Origin: Thermoplasmata archaeon | Lineage (GTDB): Archaea; Thermoplasmatota; Thermoplasmata; GCA-020350865 | NCBI GenBank assembly: GCA_020348445.1 | Contig: CP070751.1 | Coordinates: forward strand, 2,149,186-2,213,185 | Length of the DNA: 64,000 nucleotides | Direction: 5' to 3' | In this document: positions 16,828-28,400 of the stretch, in pieces | How positions within the stretch are numbered: the stretch's first letter is position 1 | Layout: each line of letters opens with the position of its first letter | Program-made: the position numbers and the translations under genes | Notes under the pieces: model-generated | The model's input: the letters and a program-made list of their open reading frames with translations, nothing else | Told to the model about the DNA's origin: nothing | Database searches by the model: none

Positions 16828-19800
16828 CTCTATGCTCTTTGATGAAATTACTTAACCGTTTTTGTAAAACTACCTTTTTACCGTATGGTTTTAAGCCATG
16901 GCTCTTGCACTCGTTCTCCAGCTGGGATATTGTCATAATAGCTATGTCCTCGTCCGTGAGCATCACCGAGGGTGGAGGGGGGGGAGGAGGTGCGGGAGTT
17001 TGCGGGGGCCTCTCAAGGGGTTTTTGTACATTGGGGGCCTGTGGGGGAGGAGCTTGTAAGGGTGTTTGTGGCAAAGGAGGTAGGGGGACGGATTTCAATT
17101 CGGCTTTCTTGATATTTTCCTCCCATTCAATAACCGAGGGCTTGACCTTCTTTAATGCACTCTGTAGATGGGACATTTTAATGCCCAGAGGCTTTTTCTT
17201 GGATTTTTCGGGTCCAGAAAATATATCCTCTCCGCTTAAAGCCAAAAGCTTTGCTTCCTCCACAACTGCAAAAACATCCTCGCCACTGAAGCCCTCTGTT
17301 GCCTTTGCAAGGGTCTCAAAATCTATCTTGCCTATTTTCGGAACATCTTTCAGATTCATCTCAAAAATCTTCTTTCTAACAGAGATATCAGGGGGTGGTA
17401 CAAATATCTTTTTATCGAATCTTCCTCTCTTAAAAAGCGATGGATCCAGGGCATCGGGATTCTCGGACGCCCCAACAACCACAATAATATCGTTGGGCTG
17501 GATGTTATCCAACATTGACATGAATATGGACAATGCTTTTTTACCTTCATCAGTCTCAAGGTTTTGTTGCGATGCAATGGCCTCTAAATCAGAGATGAGC
17601 AAGATCGCAGGAGCCATGTCTCGAAGCGAGGACCAAAGACCTTTGATTGCCAATGTGCCTTCGGCATTTATGGCGTTTAGAAGCTCACTTCCCGTTATTT
17701 CTGAAAGGGGAATGCTATATTGATTTGAAATTGCCTTCATTAGATAGCTCTTACCGCAGCCAGGGGGGCTGTGAAGAAGAATCGCCCTGCCTGTTTTCAA
17801 CTTGAACTTCTCCACGAGCTTCCTTTTTGTTAAGGGCATAACCACCGATTCCCTAAGCTGTTTCTTGATATCTGTAAGACCAGCAACCTTATCAAGTGTT
17901 ACAATGGCCTTTTTTTCTCCCCTTACTACATCATGAACCTTTCTTTCGTAGCGCATTTTTATCCTTTCGTACTCCTCTTTCATGGTTAGTGATATGCTGG
18001 GCTTGATTCTGGGCAAAATATCAAGAAAATCCTTATGGGTTATGGTTGTAAGCTGCTTGGTTTTCATGGAGCGGCGCATGGCATTTGTTGCTCCTTCCTT
18101 TACTAAATTGGCCATGTCAGCTCCTGAAAATCCCTCTGTCCTCTTTGACAAGGTATTTAGGTTTATGTTCTCGGCAAGAGGTTTTCCAGCTAGATGCACC
18201 TTCAATATATCTATTCTTTCTTTATAATCTGGAGGAGGGACATAGATTATCTTATCGAACCTACCGGGACGAAGCAACGCGGGATCTATTAATTCTGGTT
18301 TGTTTGTGGAGCCCACGATTATTATACCTGTTGCCTTATCCATACCGTCCAGCTCGGAGAGCATAATGGACAGCAGCCTGGGCGTAACATCATCTGCAGA
18401 GTAAAGGTCCCTGCGTTTTGCTACTGCATCGATTTCATCAAAGAATATGATGGCCGGTTTTCTTTCCTTTGCAGTCTTAAACAGGGTCATCATCCTTGTT
18501 TCGCTCTCGCCGTACCACTTGGACATCAGATCCCCGCATTTAACAGTGAACATTTCCACGTTAAGTTCCGTGGCAAGGGCCTTCATAGTAAGTGTCTTTC
18601 CACACCCTGGGGCTCCAAAAAGAAGTATACCCTTTGCAGGCTCCACTCCGAATTGTTCGGCAATATCGGGTCTTAGTAGGGGAACTAGCACGCTTTCTTT
18701 TATGTCCATTTTCACATCTTCCAATCCCCCCACCTGATCGAATGTGGTCTTTCCCAAATCAGCCATTTCACTGACCCTGGCACCCACTGTACTTGCCCCC
18801 ACCTTGCTTGTGAAGTACTCCCTGAACATCTCCCTAACTACAAAGCTCGTAACAACTGTTGTGTAAATTGCACAACCTGCACCGATAAATATTAGTGTGG
18901 TTCCCATCATAACCAGCATTTCAGTTGAATTGAGGTAGCCAAACCAGTAAATTGCGGCAAAGGAAGAAAGTACTATGGTGCAGATGGAAAACATTGTAAC
19001 CTCCCTGAATTTCCAGCTTGTAAAAGGATAGGCCAGCCATTCGGTCAATTTTGTGAAGCTCAGACGCTTTTTCGAATCAATGAGGTAGGATAGCAAAAAT
19101 ATACCGAAACACCAGGCTGCGAGAACGAAGAACGGAAGCATGGATGTTGCAAAACCCTCTGCAAGAACCGAGCCTATTATATCACTTTCTGCAAGTCCTA
19201 CATCCCACATGACACTTGCTAAGGTGCCTGGGGTAAAGTTGGAGACCACGGGTTTTGAGAAAATCATGAAAGCTGTTGGGTGATCAGCTCCAGCCATAAG
19301 ACCCATCACATGATAATTGCTGGCACTAACCAGTAGAATTAGAAATACACCTGCGCACATGGAAACCGCTATTGCCAGGAATGTGGAAAAGACCATGATC
19401 GTGAATACAGGGACGATGAAGGGTACGCCGAATTTGGATAGGAAAATCATGAGAAAAACCAGATACCCGAACTTCCAATCGTAGAACGAGCAGAGCATTA
19501 CAACGAGGCTGAATACCAGAAACACCAGGCCGAACTCAGGGCTTTGATAGGCAGCGGATCCTGTAATAAACAGGCTTAACAAAAGCAGTGCTGAATATGG
19601 GAATTTATACGCAACCACGGCAACGAACAAGGAAATGATCAGAATCACCCACCAGGGATAAAATGGAATAAAAACCGCACCAAAAACGCCGAGCATGAAA
19701 AAGGCTATGGGAGTTATGATCCTGGGATGCTTTGTTTCCTTGGTAAATATGTCCCAAAACTTGGTTCTTAGGCCTTGGTTTTCCTCTTCGTTACCCTTAC

Positions 19801-20980
19801 CAAAGGTTTTTTTCTTCTCTGTAAGCTCAAGCAGCCTCTTTCGCTGTTTCTTATAGAACACCCAACAAAATGCAAGAGGAATGAACAGGGCACCTATAAT
19901 TCCCGCATAATCGTACCAATTGGGAAATCCCACAAACTCCCGCACCGGCTCAGCTTTTGCCTTGAAGGAGAATGTTATCTGGTTGTTGTTTTCATACGGA
20001 ATTGTAATCTCCCTTGTCTGCGTTCTCGAGTCATATTCCACCTCTATCACATAATCCCCAACATGGAACATTTCGGGAGCCATAAGGAGGCCCTTGGCGT
20101 TGGTCAGACCCGTATATACTATGCCTGTATCGTTCATTATTGTGACTGAGGCCCCAGATGCAGGTTGTTGGTATTGATCCAACACCTCGATTACCATGTC
20201 ATAGATGTAGATTGTATTGGACGGACCCACGGAATATCGATATATAGGGGAGGTAATTGAAGAATAATACTGATCGAACGCCGTTATATTAAATGATACA
20301 TTGGAGTCCCCCTCATACCCAAGGATTGTAGCGTTCATCAACGTTTGGCTTATGGAATTGAATGATGCATGACCATTCCGAGTTGCTCTTCCTGGAGTTT
20401 CGATTTCCCATGAAATCGTGGCGCTTGTTATGGGGACATCAGAGGATATGGATTGGATTCTGATTCCCACACTCTGATAGGGATTGGGATTCTCAGGCTC
20501 CATGTTCACAATGATATTTTCTTCAAAGGTGCCCCCGCTCCAGGAACCGTTTCTAGCCACTTCATATGAAAACTCTTGGGAGTATATTGGGACGTTTATC
20601 TCGTCATAAGCTACAGTATAGAAGTTTACAGATGTGTCGCCTGTATTTTGATAACCTGGTATTAAACAGTACATCTTAGTTTGGGCAGAATTCGCGTATT
20701 CAAAAGTGTATCCTCCCTGGGTTACGACACCATCTCTTGTGAAGTTGCAGAATAAATATGCGGAGTTGATCTGTTGGGAGGTGCTAGTAGAGGTTATGGT
20801 TACATTCACAGGTTCGAGATTATGGGGACTTGTAGGTGTAAAACTCAAAGCTAGGTTGTCGTTAAACTCCGTGCCCTGCCACATTCCCAGAACACTAAAT
20901 GAACATACAAGAATCACAGTCAATTGTGCAAGTACTGAGGTTATCACGATATTTTTCAATTTCATATTGATCTGAACCAC
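16820..20980 (-). CDS. Polytopic membrane protein fused to tandem Cdc48/VAT-like AAA+ domains; C-terminal Pro-rich linker and SAP-like domain
   Basis: Signal peptide, about 320 aa extracellular beta-rich region, many TM helices. D1: GAPGCGKT, KWYGESE, IFFDEID, DPALLRPGRFD. D2: SPPGCGKS, LISDLE, RGRFDK. Tail MTISQLENECKSHGLKPYGKKVVLQKRL. Confidence 0.88.
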   Translation of the reverse strand: MVQINMKLKNIVITSVLAQLTVILVCSFSVLGMWQGTEFNDNLALSFTPTSPHNLEPVNVTITSTSTSQQINSAYLFCNFTRDGVVTQGGYTFEYANSAQTKMYCLIPGYQNTGDTSVNFYTVAYDEINVPIYSQEFSYEVARNGSWSGGTFEENIIVNMEPENPNPYQSVGIRIQSISSDVPITSATISWEIETPGRATRNGHASFNSISQTLMNATILGYEGDSNVSFNITAFDQYYSSITSPIYRYSVGPSNTIYIYDMVIEVLDQYQQPASGASVTIMNDTGIVYTGLTNAKGLLMAPEMFHVGDYVIEVEYDSRTQTREITIPYENNNQITFSFKAKAEPVREFVGFPNWYDYAGIIGALFIPLAFCWVFYKKQRKRLLELTEKKKTFGKGNEEENQGLRTKFWDIFTKETKHPRIITPIAFFMLGVFGAVFIPFYPWWVILIISLFVAVVAYKFPYSALLLLSLFITGSAAYQSPEFGLVFLVFSLVVMLCSFYDWKFGYLVFLMIFLSKFGVPFIVPVFTIMVFSTFLAIAVSMCAGVFLILLVSASNYHVMGLMAGADHPTAFMIFSKPVVSNFTPGTLASVMWDVGLAESDIIGSVLAEGFATSMLPFFVLAAWCFGIFLLSYLIDSKKRLSFTKLTEWLAYPFTSWKFREVTMFSICTIVLSSFAAIYWFGYLNSTEMLVMMGTTLIFIGAGCAIYTTVVTSFVVREMFREYFTSKVGASTVGARVSEMADLGKTTFDQVGGLEDVKMDIKESVLVPLLRPDIAEQFGVEPAKGILLFGAPGCGKTLTMKALATELNVEMFTVKCGDLMSKWYGESETRMMTLFKTAKERKPAIIFFDEIDAVAKRRDLYSADDVTPRLLSIMLSELDGMDKATGIIIVGSTNKPELIDPALLRPGRFDKIIYVPPPDYKERIDILKVHLAGKPLAENINLNTLSKRTEGFSGADMANLVKEGATNAMRRSMKTKQLTTITHKDFLDILPRIKPSISLTMKEEYERIKMRYERKVHDVVRGEKKAIVTLDKVAGLTDIKKQLRESVVMPLTKRKLVEKFKLKTGRAILLHSPPGCGKSYLMKAISNQYSIPLSEITGSELLNAINAEGTLAIKGLWSSLRDMAPAILLISDLEAIASQQNLETDEGKKALSIFMSMLDNIQPNDIIVVVGASENPDALDPSLFKRGRFDKKIFVPPPDISVRKKIFEMNLKDVPKIGKIDFETLAKATEGFSGEDVFAVVEEAKLLALSGEDIFSGPEKSKKKPLGIKMSHLQSALKKVKPSVIEWEENIKKAELKSVPLPPLPQTPLQAPPPQAPNVQKPLERPPQTPAPPPPPPPSVMLTDEDIAIMTISQLENECKSHGLKPYGKKVVLQKRLSNFIKEHRGE

Positions 20981-22386
20981 CTTTTACTGGCTTTGCGCGC
21001 CTCCATTTCCGCCTTGACACTGGCCAGTCTATTAGCAATACCAACCCTCACCCCAAGACTTTTTACCTTGCTCACCTCCCTCAAACTCATGGCTGCAAAA
21101 GGTGCGAACAATGCCTGCCAACCTGCTGGCTGCCCAACCTGACTCAGGCTTACCTGGGTCATCATGCCTGCCGATACAGGAGGAGCTGGCATTGGGAAAA
21201 ATTCTAAGGGAGGAGGAGGAACGGCTGGAGGAGGTGGCGGTGGGGGCGGAGGGGGAGGGGGAACAGGAGGAGGCAGAACCACATAAATTCTCACATCAGG
21301 AAACGGAATAAAATCCTCCTGATAGTCCCAAGTTGTATAATGGATTCCTGCTGTGGGGTACACCCCGATTTGCACTTCCCCGCGCTGTGTCGTAGCAATT
21401 TCATATGAAACCTGCCAGGATTCAGAAAGAAGCATTCTACTTATGTTCCAAACGAAGGTTGTTATTCCATTTGGATTGTATTTTATTTGCATGCTGGTAT
21501 TTGAGAATGAACCTGGAACATATTCAATATGTGAGGGTAGAATATCAATTACTTCAATATCTCTTCCTGCAATCCTTGTCAAAAAGCGTCCTGAGATGGT
21601 CTCGTAGATTTGAAAGAGATCTTGGGCCTCTGATGCAGAAAAATACTCACCCTGGGTTTCATTTGCGATCCATCGAAGCAGATCAGAGTCCTGATCCGAG
21701 CCCAGACCAACGGTATATATCATTATATTTGAATCTTTTACAAATTGCATTGTTTCAAATGTAACATTACCGTTTTCGGGGTGTCCAGGAGCATCCGGCT
21801 TTCCATCTGTAAGCAAGATCATAAGTAGAGTTTTATGTGGATCGCCATATTCTATCAGTTCTAAGGCAGATAGATTTATAGCCTCGTCGATATTTGTTCC
21901 GGCACCTGATGTGATTATGGCCAGGTTCTTCTTTATCCCTGTATAATCTCCAGATAGATGCCCCGCATAATCGGTAACTAAAGTGGCATTGGATGCAAAA
22001 TTCACAACTGCTGCCCTGTCAGGAGCCATCATCTTGTCCACAAAATTCTGGGTGGCCTCTACCCTCAGATAGGTGGGGTCGCTTTCGCCCATGGAGCCAG
22101 AGGAGTCCATTACAAAAACAACATCAATTGCAGCGGCAGGATCACCTTTGGCATTGACCTTTATGGTAACGATTGCCTCATTGGGCTCGTTTTCGCTTTG
22201 TGCGGGCCATATAGAATCAGGCTCTGCCGATTTCTCAACTTCGAGGAATGGATGCGCTTTGGCAGGTGTGGCAAGAAGAAAACACATTAATAAAAAAAAA
22301 CAAACAACACACAGCACTGTAGCAATTAGAAAATGTCGTGAAGTTCCTGCAAATCCACTGTTCGTGCTGTATACTGAGTTCTGCAT
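20962..22386 (-). CDS. Secreted von Willebrand factor A domain protein with DUF11-like domain and poly-Pro stretch
   Basis: Signal peptide ending AKA; MIDAS DVVFVMDSSGS, GTNI, LLTDG; IYTVGLG; PPPVPPPPPPP. Confidence 0.85.
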   Translation of the reverse strand: MQNSVYSTNSGFAGTSRHFLIATVLCVVCFFLLMCFLLATPAKAHPFLEVEKSAEPDSIWPAQSENEPNEAIVTIKVNAKGDPAAAIDVVFVMDSSGSMGESDPTYLRVEATQNFVDKMMAPDRAAVVNFASNATLVTDYAGHLSGDYTGIKKNLAIITSGAGTNIDEAINLSALELIEYGDPHKTLLMILLTDGKPDAPGHPENGNVTFETMQFVKDSNIMIYTVGLGSDQDSDLLRWIANETQGEYFSASEAQDLFQIYETISGRFLTRIAGRDIEVIDILPSHIEYVPGSFSNTSMQIKYNPNGITTFVWNISRMLLSESWQVSYEIATTQRGEVQIGVYPTAGIHYTTWDYQEDFIPFPDVRIYVVLPPPVPPPPPPPPPPPPAVPPPPLEFFPMPAPPVSAGMMTQVSLSQVGQPAGWQALFAPFAAMSLREVSKVKSLGVRVGIANRLASVKAEMEARKASKRWFRSI

Positions 22387-22448
22387 GTTAATACATCATC
22401 CGTTTTTTCTTAATCCCTTCAAAATCAATTAACCATTGATTATGCCTC

Positions 22449-25400
22449 CTAATTTCCCTTCCTTTTTTTCCATAACTTCTTCTTTTTTCCATAGGACTTT
22501 GTTGTCCCGCTATCTTTATGCACATTTGAATCCTCGATATTTGCGGCCTCTACTTCCTCTGCTATGGTGGGTTTGGCCTCAGGAGAGGGAATGGATGGTC
22601 CTTTTTTGGGAACCCCTTCATCATCCCCAATCTCGATATCATTGATGGATTCCATAAGTGATTTTCCATCCTCTTCGGGAGGTGGAGGAGGAGGGTAATG
22701 CAATTTAGAGTCCTCCTCTCCTCCAAAATCCTCTGTTTCTGCAACCTTTGCCTCTGACTCTCCCCCTTTCACTTTATTTTTTCGGCTTAATCTACTTCTG
22801 AACCTTCCACCGCCTTTTCCTTCCTTTGGAGGCTTTGGGGGCTTCTTCTCCTCTCTGTACCATGCCTGTAATTTTCCCACTTTAAGCAATACGAACAAAA
22901 GTACTATGAAGAAGAGCAAAAAGAGAAAGCCGATGCCTGCCAGGTTCTCCTGAAATGCGCGCCACAGACTTTGGGGATTGTCCACATTCACTTTGGTTCT
23001 AAACATTTGCTCATTACCCAAGGTATCCACAGTTTTAATCTCGTAGTAATAGGCTCGATTATCGTCCTCTGTTGTGAACCAGCTGAATGTATAGTTACCG
23101 GTATAATTGTCATATATCATTGCCCTCCAGGTGGTGCTGTCTATGTTGATATAGACCCCAGCAATTCCCGTATCATCGCTTACATTCACAATGAATTTGA
23201 TATGACTGGCCTTGGTGGCAAAAGGAGCGGGATTTACCAACATTATCGAGGGGCCTGTATTGTCAACGAACACTGTGGTTTCACGATTTGATTCCTGGCC
23301 TGTGAAGTCAATTGAATTGACATATATCGTATGAAGGCCATCCTCAAGCTCTAAGGTATCGATGGTGGTCTCATATGGAGCATTGATTCCAACTGTAACC
23401 ATTTCAACCTCTGCATTGTCATCAATGCTCATTGTCACTCTCCGCACACCGCCGCCTGCATAGACACTAACTAAAAGTTCATCACTTACATGGGTTCCGT
23501 TGTTTGGCTCCAAGATCACAAGTTCAGGGGCGATATTATCCACTATAACTGTCACACCCCTCTCTGTTATATGACCTGCCTCATCCACGGCTTGTACAGT
23601 GATCAAATGCTCGTTGTCGCTTACCAAAGTGGTGTTAAAGGGATCTTCAATGGGCACCCAACCGCTGTCATCCACAGTGTATTTCACTGTATAATCAAAT
23701 GTATCGCTCACCAAAACATCGATTATTATCTCATCTGAGACGTATTCACCATTTGAAGGGGAGTTTATGGTCAAATCTGGGGGTGTATTATCCACGCAAA
23801 AGGAAATGGCTTCTGCGTCTGTCCATTTTCCTGAGTCATCGAAGGCCGTGGCGTTGATGACGTAGACTCCATCATCTACTGTCCGTGTATCGATGCTGTA
23901 CTCGTAATATCCGGTCTCGCTGTTGTACGGTAGCTCCATGGTTAGGCCGAACACTTCGATGTTAACGTAATCCACACCCACATAATCTGTTGCCGAGATT
24001 TCGAAAGTGTAGATCTTCTCTATGAATTGATCCTCCACAGGGGAAATTATGGAGCATTTTGGAGGTGTGTTGTCAACGTACACATTGATTGTCTGCTGTG
24101 TCAAATGTCCTATCATATCGAAAACCCGGATAGAAAGAGTGTGCCACCCGTCAATTGTGGCAGAAGTGTTCCATGGCACGACTATGGGCTCCCAACCCTT
24201 GTCATCGATGCTGTACTCCTGAGGCCCGATAAATGCATCCTGCGCAGATATGTTCACAAATATCTCGCCTGAAATGTAGTCTCCATTTTCTGGGTAGATT
24301 ATCTTCAGAACTGGTGCGTGATTGTCAACCTTGAAGCTAACAGGGCCGTCTGAAACCATCTTGCCAGAGAGATCATATGCCCAGGCCGAAACATTCCTCA
24401 CATTGTCCTCTGCTTCCAGCCTAGTATCAAGGGGGAATTCGAAGTAACCTGTCTGCATGTTGTAAGAGGCGTTTACGAGCATACCATAAACACTGATTTC
24501 AACGTAATCTATTCCCACACCGTCAATTGCTGCGATTTGGAAGATGAATGTGCCTTCAACGTACTGATCGGGGGCAGGTGAAACTATGGTGCATGTTGGA
24601 TCATTGTTGTCCACAAAGATATCGACATACTGCTCTGTTGTCCTGCCAGCATGGTCGATTGCCATGATACTGATTCTATGACCCCCATCAACTTCCAAAT
24701 TGGTGTTCCATTCCGCTTCCCAATAGCCATCAACATTGGGATTCATTGCTATCCAGTTCGTCATGTCGATTCTATATTCCACTGATAAGATGAATGTATC
24801 CGTAGCAGTAACATTTATGGTGTAATTCCCCTCTATGAACTCGCCATTTTGAGGATGATTTACCACCAAATTTGGCGCATTGTTGTCAACATTGAAATTC
24901 ACAGGTTGTGCAACTGCAGATTTGCCTGATAGATCATAGGCTGTTGCACTCACATCGTAGGGGCCGTCAGTAATAGTGTATGTGCTAGCTGTGTACTCGT
25001 AATACCCTGTTTGTGCATTGTAAGTGGCCAATTGTGTTGATCCGAAAACAGTGATTTCCACATAATCAATGCCTATATGTTCCACTTGCGGTGAGTCATC
25101 AGCAGCAATCTGGAAGGTGAATACCCCTTCCACGTATTGACCCCCAATGGGAGTATTAATGGTGATAGCAGGATCATTGTTGTCTATTATTACATCCACT
25201 GACTGCTCTGTGGTATGACCCGCAGCATCATGCGCCCTGATTGTCAGGGTATGCTCTCCATCTGTGTACAGGATCGTGTTCCAAACCTCTGTCCAGGTGG
25301 GCTCAGGTCCTGTCATGGCCACCCATTGCGTTGTATCCACCTTGTACTCCACAGCACTGATAAAGGTATCTGTAGATGTAACACTCACATCATAATTACC

Positions 25401-28400
25401 TTCGATGTACTCTCCATCCACGGGATTGTTTATTACCAATTGCGGTGCATTGTTGTCCACATAGAAGTTCCTGGGTCCAACACTTGTTGACTTACCCGAG
25501 AGATCGTAAACTGTCATGCTGACATCGTAGGATCCATCTGTCTCAGTAAATGTGTTTGCAGTATATTCATAATATCCGGTCAAGGGATTATAGGACATGG
25601 TGGTGGTCATTCCAAATACCGTTATCTCGATATAATCAACACCAACTGCATCCATTGTTGCCACCTGGAATGTATACGTTTCACCGATGTACTCATCGGG
25701 TATCGGTGCACGAATGGTCAGAGTCGGATCATTGTTGTCCACTATCAGAATAATCGATTGCTCCACTTTGTGCGAGGCATTATCTGTAACCCTGACTGTC
25801 AATGTGTGTTCTCCATCTGCATAGTTTGTTGTGTCCCAATATCCAACCCATGATGATATGGGAAGCATCAGCACCCAGTTGGTGTTGTCTATCTTATACT
25901 CCACCTTTTCCAAAAATGTGTCGTTGGCATCCACAATAACCGGGCAAATATCAGAAACATACTCACCGTACAGAGGCTGGTTTATTGTCAACTGAGGTTC
26001 GTTGTTGTCGATCTTGAAAGTTACGGGGCCGTCGGTTATAGTCCTGCCTGAAAAATCATATGCTGTGGCGCTCAGATCATAAATACCGTCGACATGGGCT
26101 GACGTGCTTTCGACATATTCATAATATCCTGTGCCAGAATTGTAGGTGGCAGTTACTGTGGATCCAAAGATGGTGATATCAACATGATCGATACCAACTG
26201 TGTCCGACGCGTGGACCTTGACTGTGAGTGTACCTTCGATAAATTGACCCCAAACAGGTGAGAGTATGCTGCATATGGGATTGTTATTGTCCACAATAAC
26301 GTTCACTGTTTGTTGTGATATGTGATTCAAAGTGTCCCTGGCCCTGACTGTAATTGTATGTTCCCCTGCCCTGTATCCTGTTGTATCCCATATACTACTC
26401 CAGAGGGCAGGGCCTCCTCCCATGAGGTTCCAAGAACCTGTGTCCACCTTGTATTCTACAATGGGAGTATATGCTCCATCTGTAGCAGTTGCGTTGATGT
26501 AGCTTGTGGTATCTGATACATACTCATCGTCACTCGGGCTTGTGATGGTCAATATAGGCTCGCTGTTATCTATATAATAATCGAGAATTATTGGAGAGGC
26601 AGGATCGTTCACATTTCCAGCCCTGTCGTATATATCTATATCAACCCTTGCTACTCCATCTGTGTATTGCGTTGTTACCACTGTGAGCTCATAGTATCCT
26701 GTGAAGCTGTTGTAAGTTGCCCTTTTGGTTCCCAGGTTCCAGATGTCCGATCCACCCACATTATCGAAGGTGATTTCCACATAATCCACATCCAGGTTGT
26801 CGTTTGCCATAATGCTGAACGTATATGTGTCCTCTATATACTGGTCTGAACTGGGGAGAACAACAAAACCTGTTGGACGGCTGTTATCCACTATAACGTC
26901 AACGCTTACTATGGTGGTGATTCCATATGGACCATTATCCATCACCTCAAAATCTATGGTGTGGGTCCCTTCAGTTAACATGGTGGTATCAAACTGTCCA
27001 GAATCTGAAACATAATTTGAAGTCCCGCTAATCAAATCCAGGTCATACCAGGTTGTTCCACCGTCTACCCTGTACCTTGGTCTTGGGCTCTCATCATCCA
27101 ATATGCCATCGGTGTCAACTGCACTTACGTTCATCTCATAGATGCCTCTTATGACCTCACCTGCCTTTGGCTGGACAATGTACAGGGAAGGTTCGTTTTG
27201 GATTAGTATGGAGGTCGTGTTCACTATGGAATTGTCATAAAGGTCGTAAACCATTACCTTGAGATTATGAGCTCCATCAGAATAGCCAGTGGTTAAAAGA
27301 GAGAATTCGAAATTACCTGATCCATCCAAAACTCCGTCGAAGGCCGCAAAGGTATCATCCACATAGAGCTCTGCATAATGTGCTTCGCTTTCTGGATATG
27401 GATCAACACTCACAGTGTACATATTCTTGATATTTTCACCTGGTGCAGGATCTAGAATCACTATGGAATCCAACAGGATGTTGTCGACAATTACGTTAAC
27501 TGAACCAGTGGCAACTGCACCAGTTGCATCTGTTGCCTGGAATTCTACAACGTGTGGACCGTCACTGAGCGTGCTTGTGTCAAACGTGGCGGTATAAAAA
27601 ACAGGTGCTGCAACACCTGGAGTCACCGTTGAAACATCGGAAAGCCAGTCAGATTCCAAATCGCTGTCGATATAAGGATTGCGCTGAATGGTTCTTGTGG
27701 GGGAGGCGTAAATAGACCATCCTGGGATTACATCCTCCCAGTAAACCGAGTCCGTCGCTGCTGCAAATTCAACGAAATCCCCTGTATCATCAAGCCTCTC
27801 TGCACCCAATCCAGCATCATAGTCTGGGGGATATCCGTACACAGATTCATATGAAACTGCATTTATTGCGACCACCACTATACCATAGGCTGGTATCGTA
27901 GCACCACCAGGGAATACAAAGAAGGCACCTGCGTCATCGGAAAGTGTCAGTCCAGCTAGATTGACAACGGATGCGGTGGGATTATAAAGCTCTATCCATT
28001 CAGCTGTGGCCACGGGATGCTCGTACATTACCTCTGATATGATCACATAACCTATGGAAAGCGTGTTTGCCATATCGTACCACATGCCGTAATCAACTCG
28101 GAACTGTGGATTGTTGATGTCATCAACGATGGGATCACCGTTGGGATCAGTTACCTTGACTGTCAAAGGATAGGTTGTACCCGAAATAACCTCCCCTGAA
28201 GCAGGCTGCATTATCTGCAGCGTGGGTTCATTTACGAAGTTCACAAGGACTGTATCGGCCAGGGAGTTACCTTCGGGATCATATATCAGGGTCTTTATTG
28301 TATGGGAGCCGTCCTGGAACCATACAGTATCCAGTGTTATCTCGTAACCCCAATTGTCAACAGGCCACTCCACTTCTGTGTATTCCACCACAGCCAAAAC

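Noticed and set aside
16839-17723. 294-aa + strand ORF and similar long antisense ORFs (2201..2740, 53412..53939, 56986..57471)
   Set aside because: They lie opposite or overlap well-supported genes and have no recognisable motifs.
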